Shown piece after piece: positions 1-4,302 of a DNA stretch of 11,640 nt. Under the pieces are notes generated by a model. The model was given only the letters and a program-made list of their open reading frames with translations. It did not search any database and had not been told where the DNA came from. Every line of letters begins with the position of its first letter. Position 1 is the stretch's first letter. The stretch is from IMG/VR virus record IMGVR_UViG_3300028888_000113. One strand, given 5' to 3'. Origin of the DNA: a virus (lineage: Duplodnaviria > Heunggongvirae > Uroviricota > Caudoviricetes). The translations under genes and the position numbers were made by a program.

Positions 1-369
1 CTCTGACTCAATGATGACCTGACGACAGGAGCCGCAAGGCCCCACAGGCTCATATTGCAATTCTCCGTCAGTTCCTCTCGCGGCAATAGCCAACATTTTC
101 ACAGGCACATCAGGATATTGGGCACCAGCAGCAAACAAAGCGGTACGCTCAGCGCAAAGCCCCGATGGATAGGCTGCATTTTCCTGATTGCAACCAATGA
201 TCTCCTGACCATTGGCAAGCAGCACGGCTGCACCGACATTGAAATGTGAATATGGGGCATAGCTTCGACTCGTGGCTTCTATGGCGAGCTCTACCAAATG
301 GCGTTCTGCTTCGCTCAGTTCGTCCATCTGACAAGACATAATCGTGGATTTCAGTTCAAGTTCTTCCAT
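1..369 (-). CDS. cdd: Cytidine deaminase (3' end runs off the window; not in the ORF track)
   Basis: Reverse-strand translation from ATG at 369: MEELELKSTIMSCQMDELSEAERHLVELAIEATSRSYAPYSHFNVGAAVLLANGQEIIGCNQENAAYPSGLCAERTALFAAGAQYPDVPVKMLAIAARGTDGELQYEPVGPCGSCRQVIIESE. Contains the YAPYS.F.VGAA, N.ENA, CAE and PCG.CRQ zinc-deaminase motifs. Confidence 0.96.
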   Translation of the reverse strand, partial: MEELELKSTIMSCQMDELSEAERHLVELAIEATSRSYAPYSHFNVGAAVLLANGQEIIGCNQENAAYPSGLCAERTALFAAGAQYPDVPVKMLAIAARGTDGELQYEPVGPCGSCRQVIIESE

Positions 370-388
370 AAATTGCAATATTTTTCTG

Positions 389-426
389 CAAATATACGAA
401 TAATTCGAGAGAAAACACTAATTTTG
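389..426. promoter_or_regulatory. Divergent Bacteroidota sigma-A -7 boxes for cdd and the GH73 gene
   Basis: TATATTTG on the minus strand (396-389) and TAATTTTG on the plus strand (419-426) both match the TAnnTTTG consensus and lie just upstream of their start codons. No clear -33 TTTG for either. Confidence 0.6.
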
Positions 427-444
427 CACAAGAAATTCGAAATT

Positions 445-1353
445 ATGAGGAAATTTTTCATAAGTATAGCCATTGTTCTGTCATTGGGGGCTCATGCTCA
501 GGCCAGATGGAATCAGGTTTATCAGCAATATATCGACCAGTATAAGGACATTGCTATCGAGCAGATGCAACGCCATCGTATTCCAGCTTCTATCACGCTG
601 GCACAGGGCTTGTTCGAAAGTGGTGCAGGTCGTAGTGAACTGGCTGTTAAGGGCAATAATCATTTCGGCATCAAGTGTAATGGTTGGTCTGGGAGGAAAG
701 TTTATCATGATGATGACGAACGGAATGAGTGCTTCCGTGCTTACAACTCGGCGTTCGAATCGTATGAAGATCATTCCAGATTCCTGACAGGGAGCAAGCG
801 CTATAGTGCGTTGTTTAATCTGAGGATTACTGATTATAAAGGTTGGGCAAAAGGACTGAAGGCGGCTGGTTATGCTACCAATCCGCAGTATGCCAACAAA
901 CTGATAGAGATCATCCAACTGTACAAGCTTTATCAGTATGACACGCAGAAGAGCTACGACAAGTTCATGGTGGCGCACTCGAAAGATCAGCCCGTGGACG
1001 GCCAGGCGCTGCACAACATTAAGATATTCAACAAGAACTACTACGTCATTGCGCGACGTGGCGACACCTTCAAGTCGCTGGCAGAGGAGATTGGCATCAG
1101 CTATAGAAAGCTGGCGAAGTACAACGAGCGCGACAAGCGCGACCAGCTAGAGGAAGGTGAGATCATCTGGTTGAAGAAGAAGCAGAAGAAAGCCCCCAAA
1201 GATTACAAGGGTCGCCTGCATTACGTGCGTAGTGGCGAGTCGATGTACTCCATCGCACAGAAATACGGCATCCGCCTGAAGAACCTCTACAAGATGAACC
1301 ATCTGACACCCGACCATCAGATCAGGGTAGGAGAAGGTCTTCGACTGAGATAA
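445..1353 (+). CDS. Secreted GH73 glucosaminidase/muramidase (peptidoglycan hydrolase) with two C-terminal LysM domains
   Basis: Start moved from 298 (which overlaps cdd) to ATG 445, giving signal peptide MRKFFISIAIVLSLGAHAQA. GH73 motifs IPASITLAQG.FESG.G.S.LA...NNHFGIKC and GYATNPQYA..LI..I..Y.L..YD; LysM motifs YVIARRGDTFKSLAEEIG and HYVRSGESMYSIAQKYGI. Confidence 0.95.
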   Translation: MRKFFISIAIVLSLGAHAQARWNQVYQQYIDQYKDIAIEQMQRHRIPASITLAQGLFESGAGRSELAVKGNNHFGIKCNGWSGRKVYHDDDERNECFRAYNSAFESYEDHSRFLTGSKRYSALFNLRITDYKGWAKGLKAAGYATNPQYANKLIEIIQLYKLYQYDTQKSYDKFMVAHSKDQPVDGQALHNIKIFNKNYYVIARRGDTFKSLAEEIGISYRKLAKYNERDKRDQLEEGEIIWLKKKQKKAPKDYKGRLHYVRSGESMYSIAQKYGIRLKNLYKMNHLTPDHQIRVGEGLRLR

Positions 1354-1361
1354 TACGAAAC

Positions 1362-1400
1362 AAGAATGCAGGTCGATGAAACCTGCATTCTTTCTTTTTG
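1362..1400. terminator. Bidirectional intrinsic terminator
   Basis: 12-bp stem AAGAATGCAGGT / ACCTGCATTCTT with loop CGATGAA, followed by TCTTTTTG on plus and GTTTCGTATTA on minus. It lies between the GH73 stop and the 3' end of the minus-strand tRNA-Gly remnant. Confidence 0.9.
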
Positions 1401-1403
1401 TAG

Positions 1404-1444
1404 AGCGGAATACGGGAATCGAACCCGCCTCCCAGGCTTGGGAA
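1404..1444 (-). pseudogene. 3' half of tRNA-Gly(CCC): displaced fragment at the prophage attachment site
   Basis: Minus strand reads TTCCCAA (anticodon loop, CCC) GCCTG GGAG GCGGG TTCGATT CCCGT ATTCCGC T. The 5' anticodon strand (expected CAGGC), D arm and 5' acceptor strand are absent and replaced by AT-rich sequence. Confidence 0.9.
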
Positions 1445-1466
1445 ATTTAAGCAAAATCTGAACGGT

Positions 1467-1523
1467 GCTGATATTCAGCCACTTACTGAATTGTTTGATG
1501 TTTGCTGTACTATTTGCTGACTA
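1467..1523. repeat. Candidate integrase arm-type or accessory binding sites next to att
   Basis: Inverted repeat GCTGA-TAT-TCAGC (1467-1479) and tandem near-repeat TTTGCTGTACTA / TTTGCTG-ACTA (1501-1523), within 80 bp of the att core. Confidence 0.5.
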
Positions 1524-1532
1524 TTCAAATTT

Positions 1533-1877
1533 CTATTTGTTTAAGTCAATAATCCTTTTGAGTACATCTGCAAGTTCGATACTGAGAGCGATACGTTCTT
1601 TCTCGACCTCAGAGTTGTCCGTAGTTTCTTCTTCTCCACGTAATGGAGAGCCAATACCACAACAGAGATAATCAGTACTTAATTCTGGCCAGTGTTCACA
1701 CACTCGCTCAATAATCATACCAGGCACATCACCATTGGTGTTGCGCCACATACTCTGTAACTTTGCCTTACTTATACCAAGAGCTTCAAGTTCTTTGTCA
1801 TAAGGCTTGACTCCAACTGCCTCTAAGCAGTCTTGGAGTCTTTTTTTTATCCCTGATTCAACATTCTCTTTCATCAT
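1533..1877 (-). CDS. Putative prophage repressor (short HTH protein, no S24 peptidase domain)
   Basis: 114 aa, divergent from cro/xis-like genes. The segment IERVCEHWPELSTDYLCCGIGSP resembles the 'I...YPELN.DWLLTG.G.M' signature of CI-like HTH proteins. Start may be 1877 or 1874. Confidence 0.7.
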   Translation of the reverse strand: MMKENVESGIKKRLQDCLEAVGVKPYDKELEALGISKAKLQSMWRNTNGDVPGMIIERVCEHWPELSTDYLCCGIGSPLRGEEETTDNSEVEKERIALSIELADVLKRIIDLNK

Positions 1878-1932
1878 TACCTCCTTTTTTTGATGTTAGA
1901 TAGGCTACATAACAAAGTGTTAAACGATGTTA

Positions 1933-2017
1933 TAATTTTGGCCAAAAGTAGATTTTACGCTAAATTTCTTTTGCGCATATTAGTTTTTTAACTACCTTTG
2001 CAATTGAATATTAGTTT
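1933..2017. promoter_or_regulatory. Candidate operators in the switch region
   Basis: 18-bp near-palindrome TAATTTTGGCCAAAAGTA (1933-1950; each half is itself a TAnnTTTG box) and a 10-bp direct repeat ATATTAGTTT at 1977-1986 and 2008-2017 flanking the rightward -7 box. Confidence 0.45.
1970..2000 (+). promoter_or_regulatory. Rightward (early/lytic) promoter
   Basis: TTTG (1970-1973), 19 nt spacer, TACCTTTG (1993-2000): full Bacteroidota -33/-7 consensus. Confidence 0.75.
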
Positions 2018-2050
2018 GACATCTACTTATTCACTTTTGATTTTCAGTTG

Positions 2051-2082
2051 CAAATATAACAAAATTATACGAATGGAACAAA
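2051..2082 (-). promoter_or_regulatory. Leftward (repressor) promoter
   Basis: Minus strand TTTG (2082-2079), 20 nt spacer, TATATTTG (2058-2051): full consensus, overlapping the cro-like start codon at 2073. Confidence 0.7.
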
Positions 2083-2276
2083 TAAAATTAGTAAAATCTA
2101 CAGATGTGACGCAAACTTTGTTGGCAATTCCCGTAAATCAGCCCACAATTTGCCCAAATCGGCTCATTGCATCGCAAGTTGTGCGCTCTACAGTTAGCCG
2201 TCTGAAAGCCCAAGGAAAGGGCGATTATGTTGTTGAAGTCCATGGCGACGGTGTACTTATAACTCGCAAATGGTAG
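2073..2276 (+). CDS. Small Cro-like/DNA-binding protein (first early gene)
   Basis: Start moved to ATG 2073 (MEQIKLVKSTDVTQTLLAIP...), downstream of the rightward promoter. 67 aa with a possible helix-wing segment ASQVVRSTVSRLKAQGKGDYVVEVHGDGVLITR. The function is inferred mainly from position. Confidence 0.55.
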   Translation: MEQIKLVKSTDVTQTLLAIPVNQPTICPNRLIASQVVRSTVSRLKAQGKGDYVVEVHGDGVLITRKW

Positions 2277-2289
2277 TTATAAAACTAAA

Positions 2290-2520
2290 ATGGACGGAGT
2301 TAAAATCGCGAAGGTTGACACAACAAAGCTCTGGCTTTCAAGCCGTGAAGCTGCAAAGTACCTCGGAGTCAGTAAAGACTGGTTCGATAAAAGACGCGAG
2401 GATGGTACTCTGCATTATTCCAAGGTCGGGAACACCATCTTCTACATCAAGAAGGAAGTTGATGACCTGATCAGGAATAATGCTGTCTCTGGGAAACAAA
2501 TATTCAGAAAAGTAATTTGA
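2290..2520 (+). CDS. Excisionase-like winged HTH (HTH_17/MerR-like) protein
   Basis: WLSSREAAKYLGVSKDWFDKRREDGTLHYSKVGNTIFYIKKEVDDLI matches the typical excisionase pattern. Confidence 0.88.
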   Translation: MDGVKIAKVDTTKLWLSSREAAKYLGVSKDWFDKRREDGTLHYSKVGNTIFYIKKEVDDLIRNNAVSGKQIFRKVI

Positions 2521-2613
2521 CATAACGCATAATAAAGTACATCATAGGCTTTACAGAACGTCGTGAGACATTCGCCTCAACTCAGATTAACAAAGCAATA
2601 GTTTCATAGGCTT

Positions 2614-2648
2614 GCAATGCCCGCTGTGACAGTTCGCATTGCTTTTTT
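2614..2648 (+). terminator. Intrinsic terminator upstream of the tRNA pair
   Basis: GCAATGC (2614-2620) / GCATTGC (2636-2642) with an inner CTG-TGA-CAG hairpin, followed by TTTTTT. Confidence 0.7.
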
Positions 2649-2653
2649 CAAAA

Positions 2654-2726
2654 GGATGAATAGCTCAGTTGGTAGAGCGTCGGTCTCCAAAACCGAAGGT
2701 CGTAGGTCCGAGTCCTGCTTCATCTG
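2654..2726 (+). tRNA. trnW: tRNA-Trp(CCA), prophage-encoded
   Basis: Acceptor GGATGAA/TTCATCT, D stem GCTC/GAGC, anticodon stem TCGGT/ACCGA with loop CTCCAAA, variable loop AGGTC, T stem GTAGG/CCTGC, discriminator G. The T loop is the atypical TCCGAGT; CCA is not encoded. Confidence 0.93.
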
Positions 2727-2756
2727 CAAGCCAATTTTTCAGCAGTGCCGATGATG

Positions 2757-2869
2757 TCTGTGTGGCGAACAGAAGGAGGCCGGGATTTGCTACGTGGCTA
2801 ACAGTCGCATGGCTTTTGAGGATTCGATGTTTGAAAATGCTTTTATCCTCGCGATGATGACGGCCACGT
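2757..2869 (+). other. Structured non-coding segment between the two tRNA-like genes
   Basis: Hairpin TCTGT-GTGGCGA-ACAGA (2757-2773). Long interrupted hairpin ACGTGGCT(2792-2799)/GGCCACGT(2862-2869), GTCGC/GCGAT and GAGGAT/ATCCTC. Confidence 0.55.
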
Positions 2870-3033
2870 TTGTTCTTTGACTTATTGATACAACAAAGAT
2901 ACAAAAGAAGTTAGGATGATATAGATTCATCAAGTTTTTAACCCAATATAAGCCCTGAAAAGGACAGGGCGGAGTGAAAATCTCCACGAACGAGTTATAC
3001 CGAATTGCAAATTGCCTCCATCTGGAGGCAAAC

Positions 3034-3137
3034 CTCAGAATAGCTCAGTGGTAGAGCGTCGGCAGATGATAACTGTTGTATAGCCATAATTGTAATTATA
3101 TAGCCGAAGGCCGGGGGTCCGAATCCCTCTTCTGAGA
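3034..3137 (+). ncRNA. tRNA-like RNA with a 39-nt insert in place of the anticodon loop
   Basis: Acceptor CTCAGAA/TTCTGAG (7 perfect bp), D stem GCTC/GAGC, anticodon stem TCGGC(3059-3063)/GCCGA(3103-3107), variable loop AGGCC, T stem GGGGG/CCCTC with loop TCCGAAT, discriminator A. Insert 3064-3102 = AGATGATAACTGTTGTATAGCCATAATTGTAATTATATA. Confidence 0.85.
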
Positions 3138-3155
3138 CTCAAAACCAAAAAGAAT

Positions 3156-3326
3156 ATGCTAATGGAGATTCCTATTTCAAAGACAGATTATGAGAAGATG
3201 ATGTCACTCATAGATAAAGCCTGCACAATCATCAAGTCAGGCAATCCTTCGCCAAAGGAGTACAATGTGGCAAGGCAGCTATCTCAGTTGAAGAAGAAAA
3301 TAGATAAGAAGAATGGCAAAGGCTGA
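3156..3326 (+). CDS. Hypothetical 56-aa basic protein (not in the ORF track)
   Basis: MLMEIPISKTDYEKMMSLIDKACTIIKSGNPSPKEYNVARQLSQLKKKIDKKNGKG. A-rich upstream region (AAAACCAAAAAGAAT); overlaps the next ORF by 14 nt. Confidence 0.7.
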   Translation: MLMEIPISKTDYEKMMSLIDKACTIIKSGNPSPKEYNVARQLSQLKKKIDKKNGKG

Positions 3327-3531
3327 GTTTCATTGTTGCATTGACTGTGCAAGGGCGAAGATATTCCAATACGACTTCGATCCGATTATTGCAGAGTGCT
3401 TTGACGGTCAGCGTTATGTCGCGCGTTATCCTGTATCTTGCAATGATTTCAAAGGATTGGAAACATTGGATAAAAAGGAAAAGAGGTTTATCCGTTGCAT
3501 AGAGAACAGAGAGAAGAAAATTGGAATTTAA
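3313..3531 (+). CDS. Hypothetical Cys-rich small protein
   Basis: 72 aa with CCIDC...C...C, a possible metal-binding site; in operon order. Confidence 0.7.
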   Translation: MAKAEFHCCIDCARAKIFQYDFDPIIAECFDGQRYVARYPVSCNDFKGLETLDKKEKRFIRCIENREKKIGI

Positions 3532-3543
3532 ATAAAAACATAT

Positions 3544-4299
3544 ATGTATGAGAACGAAGAAAACTTATTCGGAGTGGATATGCGCCATCGGCCACCACTC
3601 ACCATCATGCCAACAGAAGAGCATGGATGGGGAGGCAGTCATGGAAGACTTGCTTATTCCCAAATGAATCGCCAACAGGAATCAAACTATAGCGAGTATG
3701 CTCTCAATACAATGGGCATCCTTCCTAAGAACTATGTCATCGTCAATGCCGACGAGGTGAATGTAAACATAGAATCTGCATTCAAGGTATGTCATGGACG
3801 TGTCGCTATTCCCGTCAAGGAGTTTGCACGTCAGAAACGTCTCACCCTCAAAGAACAATGGGAATTAATGAATCCCCAATGGGTAGGAACTTTCTTTGGC
3901 TACCTTGGTGACGATCCATACAGGAGCCAGCGTAAGACGCTCGAAGATGCAATGTCCGAAGCCGTTAATCAAAATCGCCTTGACGAGTTCATGAAACAGT
4001 TCTGGTCTGCAAAGCACGGACATAATGCTGCAGTAGAACGACTTGAACGTAGGGCAACAGAACTCGAACGACGAGGCAAAGAACTCTACAGGGAATGTCT
4101 GAGGCTAAACAATCAGATCAGCAAGATCGAGAGCGACATCAACAAAGGTCTGCTCGACTTCTATCATCTTCAAGGTCTCAATGCTCATGAGTATCTGAAT
4201 GAGCTGAGAGCAAACAGACGTACTGTAAGATGGGAAAGTATTGAGGCTTCAAACAAGGCAAAACGTATTAGGGAATATCTTAACTCAATAACTTACTGA
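3544..4299 (+). CDS. Hypothetical protein with C-terminal coiled coil
   Basis: 251-aa open frame with A-rich upstream region and heptad-like AVERLERRATELERRGKELYRECLRLNNQISKIESDINK. No family recognised. Confidence 0.8.
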   Translation: MYENEENLFGVDMRHRPPLTIMPTEEHGWGGSHGRLAYSQMNRQQESNYSEYALNTMGILPKNYVIVNADEVNVNIESAFKVCHGRVAIPVKEFARQKRLTLKEQWELMNPQWVGTFFGYLGDDPYRSQRKTLEDAMSEAVNQNRLDEFMKQFWSAKHGHNAAVERLERRATELERRGKELYRECLRLNNQISKIESDINKGLLDFYHLQGLNAHEYLNELRANRRTVRWESIEASNKAKRIREYLNSITY

Positions 4300-4302
4300 A
4301 CT

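Noticed and set aside
55-334. ORFs 55..249 (+) and 149..334 (-)
   Set aside because: They are shadows or alternative frames of the cytidine deaminase gene.
298-444. N-terminal extension of the GH73 ORF given by the ORF track
   Set aside because: It overlaps the cdd start on the opposite strand and the promoter boxes; ATG 445 gives a clean signal peptide.
445-1353. Apparent rise in GC and C-ending codons in the LysM half of the GH73 gene
   Set aside because: Judged by eye only; there is no frameshift, repeat or junction signature, and it could be ordinary domain-level variation.
445-1353. GH73-LysM gene as a phage endolysin
   Set aside because: It lies on the host side of att, has a Sec signal peptide, and has its own promoter and terminator.
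1404-1444. Complete tRNA-Gly gene
   Set aside because: There is no D arm or 5' acceptor and anticodon strands; only the 3' half is present.
1533-1560. Integration-dependent truncation of the repressor, as in mycobacteriophage BPs
   Set aside because: The att core (1438-1444) is outside the ORF, whose stop codon ends at 1533, so the protein is unchanged by integration.
1998-2072. TTG start at 1998 for the cro-like gene
   Set aside because: It falls inside the -7 promoter box; ATG 2073 fits the promoter and has an A-rich leader.
2543-2870. CRISPR-like or iteron array from the short repeats (CATAGGCTT, GTGGCnAACAG, CGATGATG)
   Set aside because: Only two short, imperfect copies of each, with no regular repeat-spacer periodicity and no cas genes.
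2971-2985. GTGAAAATC resembling the cobalamin riboswitch GGTGAAAxTCC element
   Set aside because: The upstream GGGAA and the downstream CCCCGCnACTG B12-box elements are missing.
2665-2987. ORFs 2665..2904 (-), 2669..2857 (+) and the full-length 2790..2987 (-)
   Set aside because: They overlap tRNA-Trp or structured non-coding sequence and show no recognisable protein features; only the short GTG-start version is kept as a low-confidence finding.
3064-3102. Insert as a spliceable tRNA intron
   Set aside because: It is too short for group I or II introns, I found no bulge-helix-bulge, and removal at 37/38 would give AGATGAA, which lacks U33.
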